Shown here piece by piece: positions 51,828-60,708 of a DNA stretch of 64,000 nt. Location: sequence record MK562505; one strand, given 5' to 3'. Below the pieces are notes generated by a model, which saw only the letters and a program-made list of their open reading frames with translations, had not been told where the DNA came from and searched no databases. This DNA comes from Shigella phage Silverhawkium. The translations under genes and the position numbers were made by a program. How positions within the stretch are numbered: position 1 is the first letter of the stretch; each line of letters starts with the position of its first letter.

Positions 51828-52141
51828 TTTTAGAATCTCCAGTTTAGGATTGTTTAGGTTCTAAATAGTAGGGGCTTTTACACCCCTTGTCAACACTTAT
51901 TAGATAACTTTCTTATAAGAGTTACCAGATAAGATATAGTTAGTAACTGAGTGATTTAGTAAGTCTACACCAGTGATAACTACCGTTTCTTCATTTTTTC
52001 TTTCTTCGTGCTCTTTTTTCATCTCTTCCCAACGTTTAGCACCAAATTTACTAATCATACGCTGTTCAAAATTCATCTTTCTAGTCTCCAGTTTAGGATT
52101 TTTGTTTAGTGGGGAAGTTTCCCTCCCCGTTGAAAGTAATA

Positions 52142-52405
52142 TTAATTCATTGCCGCGTAGGTTGCAAGTCTTTTTTCGTTATATTTTGAAAGAATCTCAC
52201 AAGATAAAACATCATACTTAACAATTGCTTCAGATTTTGTCAAGTCAAAGTGTCCAAATGTTTCCCCATCTTTAAACCCTACCACTTCGTAAGATTCTTT
52301 GATTTGTTCACCTGTAAACATGTCGGATTCGACACGGTGAAACAATGAAACATCTTCTGTTACAGTGCCAATTTTTAACAGTTCGATAAGTTCTACATGT
52401 TCCAT
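52142..52405 (-). CDS. hypothetical small protein (87 aa)
   Basis: ORF preceded by conserved promoter/hairpin/RBS cassette. Confidence 0.45.
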   Translation of the reverse strand: MEHVELIELLKIGTVTEDVSLFHRVESDMFTGEQIKESYEVVGFKDGETFGHFDLTKSEAIVKYDVLSCEILSKYNEKRLATYAAMN

Positions 52406-52465
52406 TTTGAATCTCCAGTTTAGGATTTAGTGTGGAAGGTCATTCCCTCCCCGTTGATAAGTACT

Positions 52466-52993
52466 TTACAGACTTTCGATTAACTGGTCAAGCCCTTTTT
52501 GCATATCTTTTAAGGATTTTTCATGTAATTTTATCATGTCGTTGATTGCTTGCCCTAACTGAAGAGAGTAATCACCGTCTTTTGTTTCACTTGTATAGAT
52601 GTTCTCTACATCATACAGATTAAAAGGATTGCACCCTGTACCCATTGCCTGAGTCCCAAAAGCCAACGGCATGATATACAAATTAAGAGACTTTATAGAG
52701 CGCTCATAAGCCATTTTATAGCGGTTAATCTCTTCTTTTGATGACTTGATGCAATGCTCGTAGAGTTCTGCAACTATAGCCATAAAATCCGGTAAAATCA
52801 TTGCAACTGCTTTCATAAAATTGTTTGCTGTTACAAGTTTTACATTTGGGCGATGAATGTAATATTTTTTATCACTTCCCTTTGTGATGACTGCAAAGAG
52901 TTTAGCATTACAACGGAATTCGAAAGTGTCTTTTACTGGTTTGGTCATTACGTCTTTTGAGCGGATAGTGTTAATTGCAGTGAACTTATTCAT
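52466..52993 (-). CDS. hypothetical protein (175 aa)
   Basis: ORF preceded by conserved cassette with hairpin GGGGAGGGAAACTTCCCC. Confidence 0.5.
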   Translation of the reverse strand: MNKFTAINTIRSKDVMTKPVKDTFEFRCNAKLFAVITKGSDKKYYIHRPNVKLVTANNFMKAVAMILPDFMAIVAELYEHCIKSSKEEINRYKMAYERSIKSLNLYIMPLAFGTQAMGTGCNPFNLYDVENIYTSETKDGDYSLQLGQAINDMIKLHEKSLKDMQKGLDQLIESL

Positions 52994-53053
52994 CTTGATT
53001 CTCCAGTTTAGGATTTTTGTTTAATGGGGAAGTTTCCCTCCCCGTTGATAAGT

Positions 53054-53082
53054 ACTTTACTTGTTTTGATTTGCCTTTGCAA
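53054..53082 (-). promoter_or_regulatory. sigma70-like promoter (TTGCAA-17-TAAAGT), type-A cassette
   Basis: Hexamers followed by ACTTATCAACGGGGAGGGAAACTTCCCC hairpin and CCTAAACTGGAG RBS block; same cassette near 52080 and 55860. Confidence 0.45.
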
Positions 53083-53392
53083 GCTTTTTATTGAAAAAAT
53101 AATCTTGAATCTCACTTGCTATCAGCAGACCAAAAGGAATAACCACTGATACAATCATGCCACACAGAATAGGGTTTTTAATTACTTCCATCATTTTAGA
53201 ATCTCCAGTTTAGGAAAGCGTTATTGCTTGAGATAAACTATATAGACTTTGATGAGTCATTGCAAGTAATTTTTAAGCTTATCTATAAAGAATCTTTTAA
53301 GTGATTCCTTTTAGATAAACCCCCTCGAACAAAGTTACCAATGTCAAGGGGTATTGTCAAGATAATTTTTAATGTTTTTTGTAAGTCATTGA

Positions 53393-53734
53393 TTAGCTTA
53401 TAAAGATTTTTTCAGGCTTGACATAGGTTAATCTCTGTGATTTTAGTAAGTCACTCCAGATTAATCCCGCTATGTGACTATAACCCTTTTCACGTAGTTG
53501 TTTCATTGTCTCCGCTCTAGTTTCAAAGCGGCTTGCGTAGTATTCAGTGTTAAGGGTTGTTTTGTTTCCTTCGTTATCTGTATGCACAATTTGCATCACT
53601 TGAAAGGGGCTTACATCTTCCCCCCTATTCCATTGCTCAAAGTACTTCAGGCACTGCATAGGAGTCATTTTATCATTCACCTGAGTAGACCATGATGAAT
53701 TTTCTTTGTCAGTGATAACTGTTACGTAAGCCAT
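53393..53734 (-). CDS. hypothetical protein (113 aa)
   Basis: ORF preceded by conserved cassette. Confidence 0.45.
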   Translation of the reverse strand: MAYVTVITDKENSSWSTQVNDKMTPMQCLKYFEQWNRGEDVSPFQVMQIVHTDNEGNKTTLNTEYYASRFETRAETMKQLREKGYSHIAGLIWSDLLKSQRLTYVKPEKIFIS

Positions 53735-53786
53735 TTTAGAATCTCCAGTTTAGGATTGTTGGGGCTTGCTTGCCCCGTTGATGAGT

Positions 53787-53815
53787 ACTTTACTTGTTTT
53801 GTTTTCTAGTGTCAA
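53787..53815 (-). promoter_or_regulatory. sigma70-like promoter (TTGACA-17-TAAAGT), type-C cassette
   Basis: Hexamers followed by hairpin GGGGCAAGCAAGCCCC and CCTAAACTGGAG RBS block. Confidence 0.45.
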
Positions 53816-54045
53816 TCTTTTTCTATGATTATTTCATATTCTTTATCGACACTATCAAAATAGATTCCGTATTCGTCCTCAGTCTTGTAATAACATTGTA
53901 TATCATCGCTTTTTGGATAGTCAAGCCTTGCGATTTGGCATACAGCAATTGCATTTTCTTCTGTACCTGTGAACTCTTCAAGCCCTTTAAAGTCACATTG
54001 CGACCCGTTACAGATTGATAGTATTAGATAGATTGTTGTAAGCAT
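53812..54045 (-). CDS. hypothetical small protein with hydrophobic N-terminus (77 aa)
   Basis: ORF; possible signal peptide MLTTIYLILSICNG. Confidence 0.4.
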   Translation of the reverse strand: MLTTIYLILSICNGSQCDFKGLEEFTGTEENAIAVCQIARLDYPKSDDIQCYYKTEDEYGIYFDSVDKEYEIIIEKD

Positions 54046-54108
54046 GTTTTAAGCCTCTTATAAGCCCCTACACGGGGCTTTTATGGTTAACTGATACGTT
54101 TGCTTATC

Positions 54109-54666
54109 TTAAGCGGTAAAGCTCTCTAAATCGCTTTCTGTGATGTTAGATTGCATATTTTCGAAGATATCACAATAAACGTTACTCATTTCATCGTTAC
54201 GCTGTACCATTGCGGCAATATTGCGTAATTCATCCGGCAGATAACCCAAATTACGATTTTGCAAGCTGGGAACAAAGAAAGGTGCATACATTGTATTAAA
54301 ATCTGTTACGTAAACCTTTTTAATCCATTCCTTATCAAAGTATTCTGTAAAACTTGCAACGTCGCTCATATTTTCACAACTCCAATCGTCTTGCAACTCT
54401 TCGTCTGGTATGTCAAGCTCTAAAATAACTATTTTTTGCGACTTCATTTGATAAGCTGCTGTGATACTTGCACTATCAAGAGCATTTTTAATACCCTCAT
54501 CCGTGATTTGTTCGTTGTCCATTTCTTCAACGTCATAGAACTTGCTTACAGGGTAGACATAAAAACATCCATCCATATCTGAGCAATTCCAAGCGCCTGA
54601 TGGCTTATCGCCACCATTTAACAGGTTTACAAAGTTTTCTTGAGTAGTACCGTGAAAGCATTTCAT
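54109..54666 (-). CDS. hypothetical acidic protein (185 aa)
   Basis: ORF preceded by conserved cassette. Confidence 0.45.
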   Translation of the reverse strand: MKCFHGTTQENFVNLLNGGDKPSGAWNCSDMDGCFYVYPVSKFYDVEEMDNEQITDEGIKNALDSASITAAYQMKSQKIVILELDIPDEELQDDWSCENMSDVASFTEYFDKEWIKKVYVTDFNTMYAPFFVPSLQNRNLGYLPDELRNIAAMVQRNDEMSNVYCDIFENMQSNITESDLESFTA

Positions 54667-54750
54667 TTTAGATTCTCCAGTTTAGGATTGTTGGTAAAAT
54701 TCTTTATCTGGGGCTTATCTTATCGAACTATAAACCCCATGTAAAGCATT

Positions 54751-54999
54751 TTATTTAGTTTTCTTTGTAAAGATTAGTTTAACTGCAACAGTGGGCAACT
54801 CTTCAATACTTGTGAACAAAGTCACCTTTTGAGTCTTGACATTATAGCCATTTTTTGCAGCGTATGCCGTAAACCGATTCACAATATAGCTGTAAGTTTT
54901 TGCCGTATTATCTGGCATATGGTATAAATAGGGCTTGCCTAAATTTTGCGGTTGTGTTAATAGTCGGCAAGTGTCTGGAACGTTTAAGTAATTCAGCAT
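54751..54999 (-). CDS. hypothetical small protein (82 aa)
   Basis: ORF preceded by conserved cassette. Confidence 0.45.
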   Translation of the reverse strand: MLNYLNVPDTCRLLTQPQNLGKPYLYHMPDNTAKTYSYIVNRFTAYAAKNGYNVKTQKVTLFTSIEELPTVAVKLIFTKKTK

Positions 55000-55087
55000 T
55001 TTAGAATCTCCAGTTTAGGATTTTTGGGGCTTGCTTGCCCCGTTGATGAGTACTTTAATCTATCTAAAAATCAGTGTCAAACTATTT

Positions 55088-55489
55088 TTAAAGTTCTGCG
55101 TAAATTACATCGCAGATATCTTGAAAATCTTGCTTTGTCAAGTTGCGCTGTAACCAAGTTGCGAAAAAATCAGCAATTGCAAAATTTGCATCGAACTCGA
55201 TAGATAGCCACACTTTAACAGCAAATCGAAACATTTTCAAGTCTAGTTCTTTATTCATAACTTTTGATTTGGCTAACATGTCAGCCATTTCATATTGTGC
55301 GCCATCAAGTGTACTACCATTTGCAACGTTTGCAAGTGAATTTTTAATGTTTTCTACATCTAAAATCACTCCCTGAATTTTACCGATAATGTTATGCAAT
55401 GTTTCATCAGGTGCGGTTGATGTAATGGCATTGATGCGGTTTACAGTCAAACGTGCTTTCAGGATTGCAACTTCTTTATTGTTAGCCAT
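55088..55489 (-). CDS. hypothetical protein (133 aa)
   Basis: ORF preceded by type-B cassette (hairpin GGGGTTATCAGGCTGATAAGATAGCCCC). Confidence 0.45.
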   Translation of the reverse strand: MANNKEVAILKARLTVNRINAITSTAPDETLHNIIGKIQGVILDVENIKNSLANVANGSTLDGAQYEMADMLAKSKVMNKELDLKMFRFAVKVWLSIEFDANFAIADFFATWLQRNLTKQDFQDICDVIYAEL

Positions 55490-55579
55490 TTTTAATACTC
55501 CAGTTTAGGTTGGTTGTTTGGTAAATCTCTTTATCTGGGGCTATCTTATCAGCCTGATAACCCCATGTAAAGCAATTTA

Positions 55580-55852
55580 TTAAACTAAGTGTAATTTTTT
55601 ACCGTTAACAATGATGTAACTTACGCCGCTATTACTATAAACATCTTGATAAATTCTGCGTAACTTGCCCAAATAACGTACTTTCCAAGACGTTGGAATC
55701 TTTTTTCCATAGCCCGTAGCAGTTTTTTGAAGCCCTGCCAGTTGCCAATCTAAGATATGTTGTTCTGCTTGCAACTCTTCAAAGTTTAAAACCCCGTCAA
55801 TGTAAACTTTTAAGGTAACGTTTAAGGTACGGCCATTGTTAGTTGTATACAT
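55580..55852 (-). CDS. hypothetical small protein (90 aa)
   Basis: ORF preceded by conserved cassette. Confidence 0.45.
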   Translation of the reverse strand: MYTTNNGRTLNVTLKVYIDGVLNFEELQAEQHILDWQLAGLQKTATGYGKKIPTSWKVRYLGKLRRIYQDVYSNSGVSYIIVNGKKLHLV

Positions 55853-55951
55853 GTTTTGATTCTCCAGTTTAGGATTTTTGTTTAGTGGGGAAGTTTCCCT
55901 CCCCGTTGATAAGTACTTTACTTGTTTTGATTTGCCTTTGCAAGCTTATTT

Positions 55952-56281
55952 TTAAGAATTTTTTCTTTTGTTTATTTCTTGTGCAACAACTGGATAATAG
56001 TCTGTTAAATCAGCCACTTGCAAGGACTCTAACAGTACATTATAATCATTGATTAGTTCAAAATCACCAGATAAAACATCATTGATTTGGTATGTTTTAG
56101 CCTTAAATCTGAAGCTCATCTCTAAACGTTGCAATTGTGTACCATCTAAACGCTCTAAAAAGCCCCTGACAAGGTTTATTTTAACTTCCTTAGTGGTTAT
56201 CTCATTTACTTTGTTTAGCGCCTTATAAGCCTTGTAAAGCGCTACAATTGAGACCAGCAAAGCAACACCAGAGATTAACAT
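55952..56281 (-). CDS. membrane-anchored small protein (109 aa)
   Basis: N-terminal hydrophobic helix MLISGVALLVSIVALY. Confidence 0.45.
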   Translation of the reverse strand: MLISGVALLVSIVALYKAYKALNKVNEITTKEVKINLVRGFLERLDGTQLQRLEMSFRFKAKTYQINDVLSGDFELINDYNVLLESLQVADLTDYYPVVAQEINKRKNS

Positions 56282-56571
56282 TATGATTTCCCCTTGTGAA
56301 ATAATTTACCAGTATGACTAATTTCAAAAGAGTCTATCATGTCTTTTGTAGACTTAACAGAACTTTTATTAGTGTTATCATAAATATCAACCTGAAGCAA
56401 AGGTTTTTTGTATTCTTTACAAAAGTTCCATACACAAATAACAACTTCTTTACCATTGATTTTTCCATGATACCATTCCGTAATATCATGAGTTCGGCGC
56501 ATAGATTCTATGAAGTTGATATCTTGTAATAGTTTGCTGAGTTTAGAGCGTACATGAGCGGCAATAAACAT
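56281..56571 (-). CDS. hypothetical small protein (96 aa)
   Basis: ORF preceded by conserved cassette. Confidence 0.45.
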   Translation of the reverse strand: MFIAAHVRSKLSKLLQDINFIESMRRTHDITEWYHGKINGKEVVICVWNFCKEYKKPLLQVDIYDNTNKSSVKSTKDMIDSFEISHTGKLFHKGKS

Positions 56572-56662
56572 TTTAGATTCTCCAGTTTAGGATTGTTAGT
56601 TGTAAATCTCTTTATCTGGGGCTATCTTATCAGCCTGATAACCCCATGTAAAGCAATTTATT

Positions 56663-57175
56663 TTAAATATTGAAGATATTCATCACGGAATCTTTTAAAG
56701 CTTCCAAGCGCTCTAAAACTTCCCCTTCAGCACCTGAATTACTCACTTCCTCTTTTAATCTTTCCTCTAAATCTTCCCCGTCAAGATAGCACCAATCAAA
56801 GGAATAAGCAAGTGAAAAACTGTTTAGGACTGTATTTCCGTTGTTATCAACCACTGAAGCAAACAAGATATAGTTTGATGCTTCCAAATCACGCTGTAAT
56901 TCGTCCTGTAAGCTCTTATAAGCTTCCTGTGATGGGTTAACCCTTCCTTGTTTTGAATAGTCGCTCATAAGCTGTGATAATTCGTAATGCTGAGGAATAG
57001 CATATTTATAATCGCTACGTCCTGCATTTTTAACTTTTATTGTAACCCCGCCTTTGTGCTCATCTGTAAATTGCCAGTTTTCCACACAGTGGGAAGATTC
57101 ATAAAAGTTTACAGCTTCATAAACGATGGAATAGTTTTCTTTCTGTACTTCAAAGGTTGCGTCAACAGTTTTCAT
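56663..57175 (-). CDS. hypothetical acidic protein (170 aa)
   Basis: ORF preceded by conserved cassette. Confidence 0.45.
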   Translation of the reverse strand: MKTVDATFEVQKENYSIVYEAVNFYESSHCVENWQFTDEHKGGVTIKVKNAGRSDYKYAIPQHYELSQLMSDYSKQGRVNPSQEAYKSLQDELQRDLEASNYILFASVVDNNGNTVLNSFSLAYSFDWCYLDGEDLEERLKEEVSNSGAEGEVLERLEALKDSVMNIFNI

Positions 57176-57262
57176 TTTAGATTCTCCAGTTTAGGATTGT
57201 TGGTAAAATTCTTTATCTGGGGCTTATACTAGCAACTTATAAACCCCATGTAAAGCACTTTA

Positions 57263-57520
57263 TTAGATTAAATTGCTAGTTAATGCTAAGTGCATTTTAT
57301 AACCTTGTTTAGTGAATACATTCACTTTACCGATGGTTTTTACACCTTTAAAAAGGTTGTGTGAACTATGTTTCAGGGTTAATTCTTTATCAGTCTTTAC
57401 TCCCCATCTTACATCAGAATTTTTTCCGTTGTCAACAACTTTTCCATTTAATTTTTTAGCAGTTGCGCGAGCGTCATCACGAGATTTTGCAGAAATTACG
57501 ATGTTTTTGATAGTAGCCAT
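57263..57520 (-). CDS. hypothetical small basic protein (85 aa)
   Basis: ORF preceded by conserved cassette. Confidence 0.45.
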   Translation of the reverse strand: MATIKNIVISAKSRDDARATAKKLNGKVVDNGKNSDVRWGVKTDKELTLKHSSHNLFKGVKTIGKVNVFTKQGYKMHLALTSNLI

Positions 57521-57610
57521 TTTTAATACTCCAGTTTAGGTTGGTTGTTTGGTAAATCTCTTTATCTGGGGCTATCTTATCAGCCTAATAACCCCATGTA
57601 AAGCAATTTA

Positions 57611-57994
57611 TTAGTTAATTTCAAAGATTGTTACATATCCATCACTACCAACAACCTGAGATACTCCAGCTTTTACCACGTTATAACCCATGTTGTCAAG
57701 ATGATAAACTGCATCTTCATAGCCATATTTGCAACCTTGATAACGGCGCTTGTCGCAACGAATTATGGTCTTCCCACGTCCTGCCAGTGCATGGATAATA
57801 GCTTTTTCTCCTGAGAGTGTACCATCTAACATTGTAGCGGTATAGTGATTTATTTTGTTGCCATTCACATCATACTTAAAATTGTATGCGTGGACAACAA
57901 TTATTTTGCCTTTTAAGTTTTCACTCATAGATTTTTCTAGTGCATCACGAAAGTTTTCTTTGTTGATGAATTTAGGCATATAATATTTTTTCAT
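57611..57994 (-). CDS. hypothetical protein (127 aa)
   Basis: ORF preceded by conserved cassette and promoter. Confidence 0.45.
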   Translation of the reverse strand: MKKYYMPKFINKENFRDALEKSMSENLKGKIIVVHAYNFKYDVNGNKINHYTATMLDGTLSGEKAIIHALAGRGKTIIRCDKRRYQGCKYGYEDAVYHLDNMGYNVVKAGVSQVVGSDGYVTIFEIN

Positions 57995-58043
57995 TTTAGA
58001 TTCTCCAGTTTAGGATAGTTGGGAGTTGTTCCCGTTGATGCAA

Positions 58044-58071
58044 ATACTATAAAACCAGATTCATACAGTCA
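58044..58071 (-). promoter_or_regulatory. sigma70-like promoter (TTGACT-16-TAGTAT)
   Basis: Read on minus strand upstream of cassette and gene 57611..57994. Confidence 0.45.
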
Positions 58072-58246
58072 AGAAATTTTTTAAAAATATTTTTGGCATG
58101 TTGTGAATGAAACGGGTGCGTACACGTAGCACTAAACAGAAAACTGGTCAAGAATTATTTTTCAATCCGCTACAAATTTTTCTCTTGACTTTTGGGAGGA
58201 AGGGGAGTAAGAGGGGATGGTGGGGCTGGCTACCTATTGCGCTCTA

Positions 58247-58430
58247 CCTGCACAAATTGAAAATAAATTTCCTTGCCCGACCTTGGCGGGGTCTGCACGT
58301 TTTGAAAATGAAAAAACTCTTTGGAGTTGACCTGCACAATTCTAAAATGAATTTTCCCTTTGGAGATTGTGGAGATGTGTCTACAGATTTATGTGTAGCT
58401 TTTTATCTGCACGTTTTAGAAATAAAAAAG
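58247..58430. repeat. four direct repeats of about 24 bp, YCTGCAC(A/G)WTT..AAAAT(R)AA
   Basis: Copies start near 58247, 58292, 58331, 58406; ORF-track ORF 58107..58460 is probably an artefact of these repeats. Confidence 0.6.
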
Positions 58431-58460
58431 CCCTCCTTACCTCATTTTTTAAAATGGTAA
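58405..58460 (-). terminator. probable rho-independent terminator downstream of macro-domain gene
   Basis: Imperfect hairpin AAGCCTTCTTTACC...GGTAAGGAGGGCTT followed by TTTTTTATTT on minus strand. Confidence 0.4.
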
Positions 58461-58496
58461 AGAAGGCTTTATACACTGTCCACTTATGGACGAGAG

Positions 58497-59291
58497 TTAG
58501 TTACGTGCTTCAACAAAGGTAATACTCTTATCTGTGATAATTACATCAACTTCTTCATGGTTATCTGCAAGAATGTATACGCTTGCATCTACACCAAATG
58601 TGATAGCTCTGCAAGAATGTCCCTGTAACCTGTGGGTAACTTGAGCGTTACTCTTAGAGTACTCCTCAACCGGAGGGTTACTTTTATGTACCTTACCTTT
58701 GCGTTTCACCCGAAGGGTAACTTGCTCATTGTCTAATAGTGCAACACCATCGAAGAATTGTGGTTCGCTGTAGTTCTTCCAACCCTTAACCGGACTAGTC
58801 AACTGACTATACATCTTATCTTCATAGATATACATGTACACATCAACGTCCTTCATTGTCTGGTTAATGATTGACAGCACAGCCATTCCATCAAGACCAC
58901 CAATCCCTGCACCAAGCATTGGCAAGCCAACCTTCTTAAGTTGGTTAACTTTACAGTAATTGTTCAGACGCTGCAAAGCTTCTTCTAAAGCATTGTAACG
59001 TGCATCTTTACCAGTGATAACCTGAGTGTAAAGGTTTGCAATTCGACCTTGTTTTAATCGAGCTACAGAGATATTCCCAAGCATAATGTGCATTGGTTTA
59101 TGGTCTTCTCCACCAACAACTCCATAAACTTCTGAATCAGTTTCATAAGCTTTTGGATATCGTTTAGAAATGGTTGCTGCAATACCTGCACCCATCAGAT
59201 TCATACAGTTACATCCGTGACCAATGATATCAAACTTCTTGTTATCAAAAGCTTCAAAGATATCACCTTTAATGATTTTCACGATACCCAT
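58497..59291 (-). CDS. macro-domain protein (TARG1/OARD1-like ADP-ribose-binding fold) with C-terminal extension
   Basis: N-terminal KGDIFEAF...DIIGHGCNCMNLMGAGIAATI resembles macro-domain signature; 264 aa. Confidence 0.55.
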   Translation of the reverse strand: MGIVKIIKGDIFEAFDNKKFDIIGHGCNCMNLMGAGIAATISKRYPKAYETDSEVYGVVGGEDHKPMHIMLGNISVARLKQGRIANLYTQVITGKDARYNALEEALQRLNNYCKVNQLKKVGLPMLGAGIGGLDGMAVLSIINQTMKDVDVYMYIYEDKMYSQLTSPVKGWKNYSEPQFFDGVALLDNEQVTLRVKRKGKVHKSNPPVEEYSKSNAQVTHRLQGHSCRAITFGVDASVYILADNHEEVDVIITDKSITFVEARN

Positions 59292-59492
59292 TTAATACTT
59301 CTCCCATGATTCTTTGTCTTCAGAAGGTTTTACACGTTGACCTTCATGGTCTACCCAGATTCCACCACAACCTTCACACAGTGTAGGCATTGCATAACCT
59401 GCCTTGAAATCATCCTCTGTGATGAGACCTTTTAAGTCACCTGTATCACGTCCAAACATTTCTATAGAGCAATCTTTGCAGAAATCAGCCAT
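59292..59492 (-). CDS. small zinc-ribbon protein (66 aa)
   Basis: CKDC ... CEGC pairs of CxxC; start abuts macro-domain gene. Confidence 0.4.
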   Translation of the reverse strand: MADFCKDCSIEMFGRDTGDLKGLITEDDFKAGYAMPTLCEGCGGIWVDHEGQRVKPSEDKESWEKY

Positions 59493-59721
59493 TTGAGATT
59501 ACCTCTTGGAAGAAGATTTGACCATCATAAGCCCAAGCCTTTTTAAAATTTTCCTTAGTTACAGTGGTATACTGAGTTTCTAAGTAGTGTTTAAAGTTAT
59601 CATTCTTAAAATCAGATTGGCGTAATGGGTTCATAAATGGGACAACTTCATCCCGATTGATTACTATTGCACCACCTAATACACTACGGTTGATTTCACT
59701 TCTTACTAGAATTGCTTTCAT
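59485..59721 (-). CDS. hypothetical small protein (78 aa)
   Basis: ORF overlapping neighbours by a few nt. Confidence 0.4.
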   Translation of the reverse strand: MKAILVRSEINRSVLGGAIVINRDEVVPFMNPLRQSDFKNDNFKHYLETQYTTVTKENFKKAWAYDGQIFFQEVISNG

Positions 59722-60010
59722 ACATTACCTTCTCAGTTAGTTGGTACAAGTCTACGTGCTCTACAGAAGCTATGTCAATACCTAACTTCTCATAATTTTT
59801 CTGGATACTTTCAAAATCTATCCAGATAAGACACCAATGATTATGCACAGACTCTTCTAAGATATCAACACATTTCTTAAAAGTTTTTGTATCGCCTCTT
59901 GCACCAATCAAGGCAGTAATCCCATAAAGGAATCCTGAACAACCTTGTGTGACCTGTGCAGTACCTACAGGATTGTCTTGAGAATCCTTTAATACAGCTA
60001 CAATTTTCAT
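59696..60010 (-). CDS. hypothetical protein (104 aa)
   Basis: ORF in compact operon. Confidence 0.4.
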   Translation of the reverse strand: MKIVAVLKDSQDNPVGTAQVTQGCSGFLYGITALIGARGDTKTFKKCVDILEESVHNHWCLIWIDFESIQKNYEKLGIDIASVEHVDLYQLTEKVMYESNSSKK

Positions 60011-60169
60011 GCGATACTCCCCAATTCTTTCTTGATTTGTTGCAATATTGCTTCTGAAGATTCTTCCCAGAAAGTTAAGCCATCAATAGAACCTTGACAA
60101 CTTTCTCCAGCTACGTTATAGCGAGCATCACCATACTCTTTAATCAATTCAAGTAGCTTTTGCTTATCC
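60008..60169 (-). CDS. hypothetical small protein (about 53 aa), absent from ORF track
   Basis: Hand-translated MDKQKLLELIKEYGDARYNVAGESCQGSIDGLTFWEESSEAILQQIKKELGSIA; stop overlaps next start (ATGA). Confidence 0.3.
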
Positions 60170-60172
60170 ATG

Positions 60173-60442
60173 TTATTTCCTAGTCTTTAACGTTGCGTAG
60201 ATTTCTTTAGAATCTTCCCCGAACCAGATGTAGTGATTCTCGTTGATTTCTGGATGATTGTCAACACGAATCTTACACTCTCTTCCAACATGTTTAAGTT
60301 GTGCTGTGATTCCCTGTATAAACAAGTGGCACATCACATCATCCATGATTGTTGGCAAGAAATCAATTCTCATGTAAGTATTGCTTGGTCTTGGAAGGAG
60401 TAGATAACCTTCTACATAGAACGTTTCATTCTTTTCTGTCAT
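60173..60442 (-). CDS. hypothetical protein (89 aa)
   Basis: ORF in compact operon. Confidence 0.4.
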   Translation of the reverse strand: MTEKNETFYVEGYLLLPRPSNTYMRIDFLPTIMDDVMCHLFIQGITAQLKHVGRECKIRVDNHPEINENHYIWFGEDSKEIYATLKTRK

Positions 60443-60708
60443 TGCTGCTTATTTCCTAACAAAATCATATCAATCAAATTGTTTGCCTTGATAGTACACT
60501 CATAAAATCCATCACGATAAAACTCAAGAGCATTGGCAAGGTCTTCACCTTTAGTACCCTTGACAGTATATCTGGTTTCTTCCTGAGTGTACTTGTCACT
60601 CTCACTTACTTGGGAGTTTTTGAAGGTACTGTTCACTTTGTTCGTTGAACACCCTGACATAAGGCTCAGAAGCACAAATATTAAAAAACTCTGTCTTAGT
60701 TTTCTCAT
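60439..60708 (-). CDS. outer-membrane lipoprotein, o-spanin-like (overlapped with next gene)
   Basis: Signal peptide with lipobox LMSGC; start lies inside 3' end of upstream membrane-protein gene in another frame. Confidence 0.4.
   Translation of the reverse strand: MRKLRQSFLIFVLLSLMSGCSTNKVNSTFKNSQVSESDKYTQEETRYTVKGTKGEDLANALEFYRDGFYECTIKANNLIDMILLGNKQQ

Noticed and set aside
58107-58460. 117-aa plus-strand ORF
   Set aside because: Its periodic peptide motifs mirror the four DNA direct repeats, and it has no RBS or operon context; treated as non-coding.
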